Shown here in pieces: positions 1 through 10,075 of a stretch of 64,000 bases of DNA; the stretch's first letter is position 1, and each line of letters starts with the position of its first letter. This DNA comes from a virus (lineage: Duplodnaviria > Caudoviricetes), in IMG/VR virus record IMGVR_UViG_3300035517_000038, positions 40,924-104,923 of that record; one strand, 5' to 3'. Position numbers and translations under genes: made by a program. The notes under the pieces were generated by a model. That model searched no databases, had not been told where the DNA came from, and worked only from the letters and a program-made list of their open reading frames with translations.

Positions 1-168
1 CATAGGTGGTATGAACTTTCTACAACAGTATATGCAATAGATGACATTTATATAGGCTTACGAGGAATTTCTGATATTTATTCAGAAACTATGGATTATG
101 ATGGCTTAGACTATGTAAAAGCATTTGAAATGGAACCTGTACAATCAATCACTTATAAAGCAAAATGA
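1..168 (+). CDS. 3' end of hypothetical phage protein (truncated by window edge)
   Basis: Frame 1 is open from base 1 (HRWYELSTTVY...TYKAK) to TGA at 166-168, overlapping the thyX ATG (ATGA). Not in ORF track. Confidence 0.75.
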   Translation, partial: HRWYELSTTVYAIDDIYIGLRGISDIYSETMDYDGLDYVKAFEMEPVQSITYKAK

Positions 169-1016
169 AGATAGTAAATCCGGAAATTAGAGCTGTACTC
201 CAAAAATCTGGTTTACAGGGTATGTATGAACAAATAGAGAGAGCTGCTAGAGTTTGCTATAAATCAGAAGGTCTTACTAAGTATGATGAAAATGGCAACT
301 CTACTACAGCTGAGGAGTTTGTAAATAAGATAGTCAATGTCTACAAGCATAGGTCTGTGGCAGAGCATGGTACTATATACCTTAAGATGCATAGCTATAA
401 TCAGATTGTACAAGCCTACATGAACAACCCCTATAGCAGAGTAGTAGAAATTGGGGATTTCTCTAATATATCTAAATATTATGAACGTACTTATTATATA
501 ACTACTAACTATAGAGTCATAGTAGAACATGGTTGGTATGATGACCTTAAATATATGTGCGAGCCTACAGAATATCATGTACGTAGGCAAACTTATAAGA
601 TTATAGCCCAAATATCTATCACTAGAGAGCTTAATAGGCACAGATGCTCTTCTATCTCAGAAATGAGTACTCGCTATTGCGATTTCTCACAAGATAAATT
701 TGATAAAGAGTTATCATTTTGTAAGCCTGTATGGTGGAATGAGAATAATTTAAACCAAAATTGTACAGATAAATGGTCTAAAGAAGATTGGTTTATGTAT
801 TCTTGTAAGGCATCTGAGACTGCTTATTTAAATATGAGAGAATTAGGTGCTACTCCTGAAGAAGCAAGAGAAGTTCTTTTGCTTGATACTATGACAGAGG
901 CTTATTATACAGCTTTTGAAGATGATTGGAAAACTATTGTTAGTATGCGCACAGCACCTACTGCACATCCTAATATGGTAGCAATATTAAACGGAATTAA
1001 ACATTTATATCAATGA
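165..1016 (+). CDS. thyX: FAD-dependent thymidylate synthase ThyX
   Basis: ThyX signature RHRxxSxxxxSxR (RHRCSSISEMSTRY), plus AARVCYKS, HxSVAEH and PEEAREVL. Confidence 0.95.
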   Translation: MKIVNPEIRAVLQKSGLQGMYEQIERAARVCYKSEGLTKYDENGNSTTAEEFVNKIVNVYKHRSVAEHGTIYLKMHSYNQIVQAYMNNPYSRVVEIGDFSNISKYYERTYYITTNYRVIVEHGWYDDLKYMCEPTEYHVRRQTYKIIAQISITRELNRHRCSSISEMSTRYCDFSQDKFDKELSFCKPVWWNENNLNQNCTDKWSKEDWFMYSCKASETAYLNMRELGATPEEAREVLLLDTMTEAYYTAFEDDWKTIVSMRTAPTAHPNMVAILNGIKHLYQ

Positions 1017-1369
1017 GTTTAGATATTTATCTTTTAAAAAGGAAAGTAGAAGCAGATTCTGCAGAACTTCTTTCACCTGATGATGTCCTTTATGAGGCAA
1101 ACATAACCCATAATCTGGGTAAAATGGCTACAGAACTTGATATTTACCAAGTTCTTTGGCGCATGGAAGAAACTGATGTACTACAAGCTAAAGACCTATA
1201 TCCCTATATTAGGAAAGCTATCATAGAAATGATAACCTATCCTGAATACTATAAAAAGTTTGATAGTGATAATGGTTGGGGTACATTCAAAGACTTTCTT
1301 CCCTGGCTGAGTAAATTAATAGTAGCATTAGACCAATATCCTGAATCATATTTAGCAACATCAAGATGA
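1013..1369 (+). CDS. conserved hypothetical phage protein
   Basis: 118-aa ORF coupled by ATGA overlap; motifs ANITHNLGKMA and NGWGT resemble a common phage hypothetical family. Confidence 0.8.
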   Translation: MSLDIYLLKRKVEADSAELLSPDDVLYEANITHNLGKMATELDIYQVLWRMEETDVLQAKDLYPYIRKAIIEMITYPEYYKKFDSDNGWGTFKDFLPWLSKLIVALDQYPESYLATSR

Positions 1370-1506
1370 CTGTAACAATAACTTGTCCTTTTTGTGATAT
1401 TACTATGGATTTAGACCCATATGAACACAAACGCTGCCCTAATTGTGGGCATAACATAGAGTCTCTTCTAGATGAGGAGGCTATTCTAGAATTTCTAGAG
1501 GAGTAA
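1366..1506 (+). CDS. small zinc-ribbon protein (46 aa)
   Basis: ATGA overlap with previous stop; MTVTITCPFCDITMDLDPYEHKRCPNCGHNIESLLDEEAILEFLEE*; two CPxC knuckles; followed by a terminator. Missed by ORF track. Confidence 0.8.
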   Translation: MTVTITCPFCDITMDLDPYEHKRCPNCGHNIESLLDEEAILEFLEE

Positions 1507-1510
1507 CTTT

Positions 1511-1555
1511 TAAGGGGAATCTTAGGCGAAAGCTTAGGGTTCCCCTTATTTTTTT
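1511..1555 (+). terminator. intrinsic terminator
   Basis: Hairpin taaggggaatcttagg-cgaaag-cttagggttcccctta followed by T7. Confidence 0.9.
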
Positions 1556-1574
1556 ACAGGAATACATTTATATA

Positions 1575-1606
1575 GTTGGTTATCAATATTATTTTACTTA
1601 TCTTTG
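1575..1606 (+). promoter_or_regulatory. Bacteroidota sigma-A type promoter for vRNAP gene
   Basis: -33 GTTG (1575-1578), 20-nt spacer, -7 TATCTTTG (1599-1606) matching TAnnTTTG; 30 nt upstream of ATG. Confidence 0.8.
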
Positions 1607-1636
1607 TAAAAGAATTTATTTAATTATTTACTAAAT

Positions 1637-4600
1637 ATGTCTAAAATATATTGTTTATTCCCAACTCCTGATATTATCCAGTTGGGTAAATCAGTAGGTA
1701 TTACACAACCTGTAATAGCTGCTAATACAATAGCAGCTTGGCAAACTAAGAATAGTCAGCCTGGTGTACTACCTTCATTAACACAATTGAGTGATTATAT
1801 GAAAGACTCTGCTAAAGAAAGAGAAGCTCTTGCATATGCTTTACCTTTCTATGAAGAGAATACTTCAGAAGATAGTAGGGGAGGCTCTGTAGATATTCAA
1901 GTAGGAGAAAATGGTCTTGTTACAATGTCTCTTGCTAAATTTAAGCCTGGGCAGAATATAGATGACTGGATAGATTCCTTTGGTTTATTTAGTACATCAG
2001 ATAAAATAGCTATTGTAGATGAGGAAAGTGCTTATGCCTATACTTTATTTCTTAATAAAGAAATAGTGCAAAGAGGTTTGGATAAAGGTATTTTATTTAG
2101 AGATGCTAAAAATCCAAACTCTGAATTAAAAGCTATACATAATAGAGCTATTACTAGATTAAATAAATATAATGAAGAGGTTAGAAAAATAGGCATAATA
2201 GCTAAAGATAATAGAACTAAGCAAGTACAAGAAAGAGAATCTTTATTAGATATAGTTAATGGTAAAGGTCAAAACCAAGATGTATCTGACAATAGTAATG
2301 AAACTATAGATATATGGTCTAACCAAGGAAACGCACAAGATTTAAGTAATATGGCCCCTAGGCCTTTTGTTCATGCTTTTAGAGGGCAAGAGATGAAATT
2401 TGATAATGTAGAAAAAGCTTTCCACTTTGCAAAAATGGAGGGACTGCTTTCTACATTGGAGAATCTAATGTCTAGCACTCAAAATGAGGACATAAAGAAA
2501 GCTTGTGCTAAAGCTATTGAAGAAGTTAGAGCAAAGATGGTTAAAATCCGTGATGCTAAAAATGGCTATAAAGCAAGAGAATATGGTAATGAAAGAATTA
2601 CTAGTGAGAATAGAGATGTTAATATCGCTATAACAGATTATTTTGCTCAAGTATGGAATAAAGGCAAGGCTAGAGAGAATCACTTTAATCTAATGCGAGA
2701 ATCTTTTTTGCAAAATCCTACAGCCGCACAAAGATTGGTCAACACTGGTAATGCTAAACTTACTCATGATTTAGGACAAAATTGGGCAGTGCCTTTTGCT
2801 GAAGATATTACAAAAATTAGAGAAGAGCTTAAACAATTATATAAAACACAAAGCCAGCAGCATATAGAAGCTTTAAATAAATTAAGCTCTACAGGGATGG
2901 TAGCTACTGGCACCAAGAGTCCTATTAGAGGAGCTTCTCATGTTAAGGATATTACAGAAAGAAAACAAACTAAATACAGCAGATTAGCAGCTGCTTTTAC
3001 CCCTCAGCAATTAACTGCTAGATATGAAAAAATTGCTAGAGATTTTAGTCAGAAGGTTTCTGATAAAGTAGAAGAACTTATAGCAGAAACAGAGGAGAAG
3101 GTACAAAGTGGAGATATAAATGAAGCTTTGCAAGCAAATGCTACACTTAAAATGCTTAAAGACCCTGTTCAAGGTAGAAGAATAGCTATTGAGAAATTAA
3201 CCTTTAATGCTATATATAAGGAACTCATGCAGGATTATAAGGATATGCTGGAAATGGCTAAAGAAGATAATAATGCAGAGTTAGTTCAAAAATATCAAGA
3301 TATAGTAGATAACTTTGAAGCTCTCTTTGACAATGCTTGTGTTATTATTGAGAAACTTGAGAACCTCAGAATTACTACACAAGATGTTGTTGAGCATACT
3401 GGTAATGAGAAAGTAAATGCAATTGCTGCTGCTATAGAAGAGGCTACTGCAGAAAAACAATTAGAGGAAGATGATAACTCAGATGATGAAAGCGGTAATA
3501 GAGCTACTGGTAATGATGGTTGGTCTTATAAAGCTAAGTTTGTAGACCCTTATGACTCTATCAGTGCTAAGACTAAAGCAGCTCTTACAGACATTAAGAG
3601 AGTTATATTTGATGGAGTAGATGAAGATGGTAATGTAAAAACTACAGAAGTCTATGATGACTTAGGAGAAGTAAGATACTATGACAACACTTACATACAT
3701 GGTGTTCTCCTACATGAGTTATCTGGTATTATCACTCCTTCAGAATATATGATTAGGGATAAAGAAACTGGGGAGGTGTCATTCCCAGCTTTAGAAAAAT
3801 TATCCTCTAAATATCCTTGGGTATCTCAGGTTATTGATAAACTTAAGGCTGATGAAACTCTGGCATCTACTTTCTATAATGACCTTAGAAAAGAGAGAAC
3901 GGACTTTTGGAAACATAAAGTTGTAAAGGTAGCTAGAAAAGATGGGGGTTTTGATTATATATGGCAAACAATGTCCATTAATAATTCTGTAACTCAGGAT
4001 TCTGTAATTGATACTATTCTTCAAAACTTTGACTCTGGTAATGTTTTAACAACTCTGAGTTTATATAATACAACAGGAGAAATAAACACAGAGAATATAG
4101 ATGAAATTCTTAAAATAGCTGCGGCATTAGAAAATGATGCCTCATCTACAGAAGATACAGAAGATTTACTAGAACTTTTAGATACTTTTAAAAATCTTAT
4201 GGCTTCTATAGGAGTAGAAATAGACAATGCTTATGCATATGCTATTATACAGGATAAAGTTCTTTTTCCTGAGGTTATGGAAGCATTTAAGGATTTAATA
4301 AAAGAAGCTAAAGAATGGAAAAAAGGAAAGCATTTCCCGACTACTGCTCTAAAGCTATTTAAAAATTTTACTGATAAATTAGGTTATGTGGAAGATAATG
4401 TACCTGCATTATCTACTAGAGAAGGTGATAAAAGTTTACCAACATATTCTGCCCCTAATTATTTAGAAACTATCTTTAAAAGACTAAAGAGTGATGAAGT
4501 AAGATTATCTACATTAGCAGAAGAATTTATGAAATATGATTTCTTCTACGATAAAGAGAATAAGAAGTGGAAATCAGGTTGGTTAGAAATATTCTCAGGC

Positions 4601-7600
4601 GAAGATAAGACTGTTAATATTAGAGAGGTTATGGCTAATTTGAGCATAATGTCTTTAGATAATATTAATGGTAAAGAGTATGATGATTGGACAGCACCAG
4701 AAATCAAAAGTATGTTCTTCCAGCAATATTTAGCAGCTGGTGATAAATTTGCGTGGTACAATACTCCTATATATTCTGACTCTACTACAGTTAATTTTAT
4801 TAGGATGGTGAAATATACATCAGATAGTAAAGGCACCTTCAAAGAGAAGTTATTACCCAAATTCAATACTCTAGTAAGGCAAGAGTTAGGTAGAATATTG
4901 CAGGTAGAAAAGAGAAAAGCCCTTATAGAAGAGGGTAAGGTGATGGCTATTCAGAATTTTGACAAGAATGGTGATAAATTTTTCTTTTTACCTAAACTCA
5001 ATGACTATAAAGTAGGAGAGGTTAGCTTCCTGGATGCTATAAGAGCAGCTAAAGATGCAAATGATAATGCAAAAGTAGATGCTATTATAAATGAAGCCAT
5101 TATGGAGATAATGGAGGAAGATTTTAAAGAATTTTACACAACTCAAGACATTCATGCTGTAACTGATGTCAATGGTAATATTATTATAAAAGAGGATGGT
5201 AAAGCTCTAGAGAATAGCCTTTATTATATAGCTGTAAAAGAATTAGAATCTAGAAATCTATTACCTAAAGTAGAACCTAAAGCGGTAAACAAGGAAGGAT
5301 TATCAAAGAAGGAGATAGAACAAGCAGAAGAAGCTGCAAAAGAAGAAGCTGAAGAAGAAACAAGAAAACGTATAAGTGCTGCTGTTGATGAACTTATAGA
5401 AGAATATTTCTGGAATAGCTGCTATGCAACCTCTCAGATTATTGAGATTACTGTTACTGACCCTGCGTTCTTTAAGAATGATAATGGTGTAGACTTCCAA
5501 AAGCGCTTTAAGCAAATCTTTGCTGCTGGTACTAAGTTAAATACTCAATCTAGATATGGTAAAACTCATGAATTAACAGTGTATCTTGCAGATGCTATCC
5601 AAACTACTGCTACTATGGGTAACCTTAGAAAAAATTTGGATACTGCTGTTAAAGAAAGAAGAATGACTAGAGAGCAAGCTGATGATATTATTGAAGCAAT
5701 GCTCAGTATAAATGCTACAGATGCTCAGGCTTATAGAAACCTGGAATCTATGAGGTCTCTATTAGATATGATGGGTAAATGGGATGAGGAAACCATGAGT
5801 CCAGCATTTGAAAGACTGAGAGAGGGTACATATACTAAAGAAGATTTTGATATAGTATGGCAAACTATTAAACCGTTTGTATTTGCTCAAATAGGTAAGC
5901 CTGATGGTTTAGGTGGTATGCTGAAAGTTGCTCATCAGAATAAAAACTCTGAGTTTCTTATTCTCTCATTGTTTAATATGATTGGTAACTCCTATAGCAC
6001 ATCGCCTAAGATGAGAGCTATAGACCAGTTTATGCATGAGAATGGTATTGATGTTGTACAATTTGAATCTGCTGTTAAAGCAGGTGGTCAAGGTATTATA
6101 GATATATCACACTCCCCTCAAAAGCTTAAAAAAGCTCTTAAAGATGGTGTTATAGAGTTTAAGAGTGGTAAGGAAAAATACTCATTCAGTATTAACGGTG
6201 CTACTACTTTCGGAGGAAAGAATGGTATCAAGGCTATGATGGATGCTAAACTTGTTAAAGGAGAAATTACACAGGAAGTTTATAATGACTTTATAAAGTA
6301 CTTTGAGCCTTCACAAGTAGAAGTTTATCAGATGCTTAATGCAGCTGCTAAACAAGGTCCTAATATGCAAACTGACCCAAATGCTCCTGGCTATGGTTTA
6401 AATATGGAGGTTGTTCATGCTATTCCTTATGATAACTTTGTAGTACAGCAACCTACACCTGAGCATTTATTTGATACTACTGCTGTTTTTGGCTCTCAGT
6501 TTAGAAATCTTATTACTGCTGACTTACCTGATAATATTTCTATAGAAGTTAATGGTATAAAGATTGAAGGTAAAGATGCTGTATTAAAAACTTTCCAAAA
6601 TGCTATTATTGAAAATTTATTAGATGCCTATCAAGAGGTAACTGATAGATTTGCTACTATAGAGGATTTACAAGAAGCTATATTAAAAACTGTAAAAGGT
6701 AATCCTAAATATGGTAGAGAGTTCTTAGAGGCTATGGAAATTGTAACTGATTCAGAAGGTAGAAAATCCTTTAATCTTCCTATGCATACTCCAGGTATGG
6801 CTACAAAGATGGAGGAGATTCTAAATGCTATGTTTAAAAATGCAATTGCTAAACAAAGTATTAAGGGCGGTAATGCTATCCTTGTTTCTGACTTTGGTTT
6901 TACAAATGAGCTTGAGGTAATAAGAGATGAAGAAACTGGTGCTCTTGTAGAAGTAGAGTGCTATATGCCTTGGTATTCTAAAAAGAAATTTGGTGCATTT
7001 TTAACTAAAAAGACAGACCCTAGAGGTAATATTATAGAAACCCTCGATATAGAGAAACTTGAGAAAATGGCACCTGACCTACTGGAGTTAATAGGTTATC
7101 GTATTCCTACTGAAGGTAAGTATTCAATGGTGCCTTTGAAAATTAAAGGTTTCTTACCTCAATCTCAAGGTTCTGCTATCATGTTACCTGCTGATATTAC
7201 TAAAATCGCAGGTTCGGACTTCGATGTTGACAAACTTTTTATGATGTTCCCTGAGTTTAAATCTTTCTCATATAATAAAGGTAAAGCTCTTAAGGACTAT
7301 AAAAAGTTATTAGGAGCTGATAAATTTAACAAAGCAGCTGCTTCTATAATTACAGAAAATGCTGAAGTTGCTGAAAAAGTAGAGAAAAATTTAGATAATC
7401 TAATGTCTCTTTCTGAAGAAGAATTAGATGCTATAGATTATAAAGACCCTGATTTTAAAAAGTGGTTTAAGGAGCATGAAAAAGAATATGAATATAAGAA
7501 TGAATATGGAGACCCTGCTCCCAGATTAAAGAAGATAAAGGCTAAGACTACGGAAGCTGAAAAGATGAATAAACAACAACGTAATAATATGTTGTTAGAT

Positions 7601-10060
7601 ATTTCAAGAGCCATCCTAAAAGACCCTAAAATATCTGAGCATTTTAATTCTCCTGGTAACTTTGATACTGTTAAAAAGGCTGCAAGAACATCAAGAATTT
7701 TAAATAGTAAGAAGTTGATAGAATCTCTTAAAGAAATGCTGACAGTAAATGATGTAGCACCTACCGAAAGAGAGATGGTAAAATGGTTACATAAAGCAGA
7801 TTTAAAAACTGTTGATGACTTTTTGGAAAAATACACACCTAAAAGAAGCTTACTTAGTCCTAGTACATTTATGTACTTCCATGCTCAAAATATGACTGGT
7901 GGTAAACTCATAGGTATGTATGCTAATAATACTACAATACAAGCAAAAACTCAAGGTAAATATGCTGAATTAAGAGAACAGTATTGCTTCACTATAAATG
8001 GTAGAGATATAGATAGTATCACAAAGCCATATATAACTATGCCTGATGGTACTATAATGCGTATCTCTAAAAACTGTGCAGAGTTTTCAGCAGCCTCTGT
8101 GGATAATGCTAAAGACCCTGTATTAGCAGACTTATTACAAGATACTGAGACAGCTCCTATTACTTCTACTATGCTTAGAATGGGTATGACTATTGATGAA
8201 ATTGGTACTATATTTGCTAATCCTTATGTGCAAATACATCTTATAAATGGTGCAAAATTTGTTAATTCCCTGTATGCACAGGAAATGGTGGCAGGGGAAA
8301 CGTATATGACTGCTACTGGTAAAAGTACATACTACAATACAGAGGATATGCAGACTTCTATAATTAGTTTTAATAGGGGCAATTTAAATTATTCACCGGA
8401 AGAGTTATCAGATGAAGGGCTGGAAGAATTAGGACATTTGTATAATGGCTATAAACTCTTCTTACAAATAAGTAAAGTAGCTCAAACTGTTAAAGATATG
8501 TCTAAAGTGCAAAGAGCAGACTCTCCTAATGGTGCTATACAGAATACTGTAGCAAAAGCTATAATTCAGCAAAAAAGAGTAACAGCTTTTCAATTACTGG
8601 ATAACTTTGAAAAAGAAGCTGTACGTAAAAATAAAAAACTTTTAGACCCTACGCCTGTTGTCGGTTTTATTAATTTACTGCCTGAAAATAATGTAGGAAG
8701 GGCATTAAGCAGTAAAGAAGAGTTGAGAAACAAATTTAGAAACTCAAGTATGCCTATGTTGCAAGCTTTTTATTCTTTAGGTATAGATTTTGGTCTTGCT
8801 AATATTGCTAGATATTATGCTCCAATATCAGGAGGTGCTACATATGCTATAGACTTGTTATTTAAAAATGCTAAAAATTATAAAGTAGGTGAAAAAGTTT
8901 TAGATAGATTCTTAAAACAATCTACTATATATTATCTAAGTAAAACTAAATTTTTTGGTGATGACCCTGAATCAGGACAAACTTACAAAGAAAAAAGAGC
9001 ATATTATCTAAATGAGTACCCTCATGAATTTAAAAAACTAAGACAAGAGCACCCGGAGCTTAATAATAATGAAGCTATAAAAGCTCTATGGGTAAATGAA
9101 AACATTGATGAAGATACTGGTATTCCTATGGGAGCTACTATTGAGATGAGAAATGCATCTAAAAAAACTAAAACCAGCAGAATGATGCTTATGAACGCTT
9201 TTGATGCTTTATTTAATTCTAATGAGAAAACATCCGGAATTAGTGATGCATTAGCTGTTCAAGTAGCTACTGACTTATTTGCATATGCTTACTATAAGTA
9301 TGGTCTTGGTTTTGGTGCTAAATCCTTTGGTAATTTCTTCAGTCCTTTCTTCTATAATCAATTTAGTGACATAGTAAATGATTTAAGATTAATGGATAGA
9401 AATTATGATATGACGGAAGCTTCTAATTACTATTACCAATTTATGGTTCAAAATGCTCCTGATATATTACCTACTTTCCAAGGTGGTATTAATAGTAAAT
9501 TTGTATCAGGTGTTTTAGATTCAAAAGGTGAGGCTATTGAAGGTATGGTTAAAGTACCATTAGGTAAAGTATTTAATAAATACGATGCTAATAGTATAGT
9601 ACACCAGTATATTTGTGTTACAGATAATACTTCAGATGTATATCTATTTTCTGATATGTTAGAGTTAGAAGAAACAGATGGTGCAGGTAACAAGATAAAA
9701 GTTAAATATGCTGCCTATGATAAAATAGGTTCAGTTGAGTCAAGCTCTTTTGTCTATGATGCTAATTCTGACCATAGAAAGTTAGTAGACGATTATGCAG
9801 ATGAGGAACTTAATGCAGGTCTAGAAGATTTTGATTTAGATGAGGTTAGGGAATTAAGAAGAGCAGCAAGAGAAGAATCTGAAGAGTCGGAAGCTCCTGT
9901 GGAAGATTTTGAAAAAGAAGATAAAGACTCTAGAAGACAAAGACTGGAAGATACTGATTTCGGAGATTATTCAGCAGTAGAAGAAGATGATGATGACACA
10001 GCCTCTGAAAATTATGACCCTCAAAAAGGCTTGGAAGCTGCTGGAGAAAAAAAATGTTAA
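1637..10060 (+). CDS. crAss-like virion RNA polymerase (single-chain, double-psi-barrel type) with N-proximal NADAR-like domain
   Basis: Catalytic GSDFDVDKL (DxDxD, nt ~7211-7237), GYRIPTEGKYS, AASVDNAKDP, DFQKRFKQ, NATDAQAY; 2807 aa; NADAR-like motifs at ~aa 225-400; acidic C-terminal tail. Confidence 0.93.
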   Translation: MSKIYCLFPTPDIIQLGKSVGITQPVIAANTIAAWQTKNSQPGVLPSLTQLSDYMKDSAKEREALAYALPFYEENTSEDSRGGSVDIQVGENGLVTMSLAKFKPGQNIDDWIDSFGLFSTSDKIAIVDEESAYAYTLFLNKEIVQRGLDKGILFRDAKNPNSELKAIHNRAITRLNKYNEEVRKIGIIAKDNRTKQVQERESLLDIVNGKGQNQDVSDNSNETIDIWSNQGNAQDLSNMAPRPFVHAFRGQEMKFDNVEKAFHFAKMEGLLSTLENLMSSTQNEDIKKACAKAIEEVRAKMVKIRDAKNGYKAREYGNERITSENRDVNIAITDYFAQVWNKGKARENHFNLMRESFLQNPTAAQRLVNTGNAKLTHDLGQNWAVPFAEDITKIREELKQLYKTQSQQHIEALNKLSSTGMVATGTKSPIRGASHVKDITERKQTKYSRLAAAFTPQQLTARYEKIARDFSQKVSDKVEELIAETEEKVQSGDINEALQANATLKMLKDPVQGRRIAIEKLTFNAIYKELMQDYKDMLEMAKEDNNAELVQKYQDIVDNFEALFDNACVIIEKLENLRITTQDVVEHTGNEKVNAIAAAIEEATAEKQLEEDDNSDDESGNRATGNDGWSYKAKFVDPYDSISAKTKAALTDIKRVIFDGVDEDGNVKTTEVYDDLGEVRYYDNTYIHGVLLHELSGIITPSEYMIRDKETGEVSFPALEKLSSKYPWVSQVIDKLKADETLASTFYNDLRKERTDFWKHKVVKVARKDGGFDYIWQTMSINNSVTQDSVIDTILQNFDSGNVLTTLSLYNTTGEINTENIDEILKIAAALENDASSTEDTEDLLELLDTFKNLMASIGVEIDNAYAYAIIQDKVLFPEVMEAFKDLIKEAKEWKKGKHFPTTALKLFKNFTDKLGYVEDNVPALSTREGDKSLPTYSAPNYLETIFKRLKSDEVRLSTLAEEFMKYDFFYDKENKKWKSGWLEIFSGEDKTVNIREVMANLSIMSLDNINGKEYDDWTAPEIKSMFFQQYLAAGDKFAWYNTPIYSDSTTVNFIRMVKYTSDSKGTFKEKLLPKFNTLVRQELGRILQVEKRKALIEEGKVMAIQNFDKNGDKFFFLPKLNDYKVGEVSFLDAIRAAKDANDNAKVDAIINEAIMEIMEEDFKEFYTTQDIHAVTDVNGNIIIKEDGKALENSLYYIAVKELESRNLLPKVEPKAVNKEGLSKKEIEQAEEAAKEEAEEETRKRISAAVDELIEEYFWNSCYATSQIIEITVTDPAFFKNDNGVDFQKRFKQIFAAGTKLNTQSRYGKTHELTVYLADAIQTTATMGNLRKNLDTAVKERRMTREQADDIIEAMLSINATDAQAYRNLESMRSLLDMMGKWDEETMSPAFERLREGTYTKEDFDIVWQTIKPFVFAQIGKPDGLGGMLKVAHQNKNSEFLILSLFNMIGNSYSTSPKMRAIDQFMHENGIDVVQFESAVKAGGQGIIDISHSPQKLKKALKDGVIEFKSGKEKYSFSINGATTFGGKNGIKAMMDAKLVKGEITQEVYNDFIKYFEPSQVEVYQMLNAAAKQGPNMQTDPNAPGYGLNMEVVHAIPYDNFVVQQPTPEHLFDTTAVFGSQFRNLITADLPDNISIEVNGIKIEGKDAVLKTFQNAIIENLLDAYQEVTDRFATIEDLQEAILKTVKGNPKYGREFLEAMEIVTDSEGRKSFNLPMHTPGMATKMEEILNAMFKNAIAKQSIKGGNAILVSDFGFTNELEVIRDEETGALVEVECYMPWYSKKKFGAFLTKKTDPRGNIIETLDIEKLEKMAPDLLELIGYRIPTEGKYSMVPLKIKGFLPQSQGSAIMLPADITKIAGSDFDVDKLFMMFPEFKSFSYNKGKALKDYKKLLGADKFNKAAASIITENAEVAEKVEKNLDNLMSLSEEELDAIDYKDPDFKKWFKEHEKEYEYKNEYGDPAPRLKKIKAKTTEAEKMNKQQRNNMLLDISRAILKDPKISEHFNSPGNFDTVKKAARTSRILNSKKLIESLKEMLTVNDVAPTEREMVKWLHKADLKTVDDFLEKYTPKRSLLSPSTFMYFHAQNMTGGKLIGMYANNTTIQAKTQGKYAELREQYCFTINGRDIDSITKPYITMPDGTIMRISKNCAEFSAASVDNAKDPVLADLLQDTETAPITSTMLRMGMTIDEIGTIFANPYVQIHLINGAKFVNSLYAQEMVAGETYMTATGKSTYYNTEDMQTSIISFNRGNLNYSPEELSDEGLEELGHLYNGYKLFLQISKVAQTVKDMSKVQRADSPNGAIQNTVAKAIIQQKRVTAFQLLDNFEKEAVRKNKKLLDPTPVVGFINLLPENNVGRALSSKEELRNKFRNSSMPMLQAFYSLGIDFGLANIARYYAPISGGATYAIDLLFKNAKNYKVGEKVLDRFLKQSTIYYLSKTKFFGDDPESGQTYKEKRAYYLNEYPHEFKKLRQEHPELNNNEAIKALWVNENIDEDTGIPMGATIEMRNASKKTKTSRMMLMNAFDALFNSNEKTSGISDALAVQVATDLFAYAYYKYGLGFGAKSFGNFFSPFFYNQFSDIVNDLRLMDRNYDMTEASNYYYQFMVQNAPDILPTFQGGINSKFVSGVLDSKGEAIEGMVKVPLGKVFNKYDANSIVHQYICVTDNTSDVYLFSDMLELEETDGAGNKIKVKYAAYDKIGSVESSSFVYDANSDHRKLVDDYADEELNAGLEDFDLDEVRELRRAAREESEESEAPVEDFEKEDKDSRRQRLEDTDFGDYSAVEEDDDDTASENYDPQKGLEAAGEKKC

Positions 10061-10075
10061 TAAAAAATTTAATAT

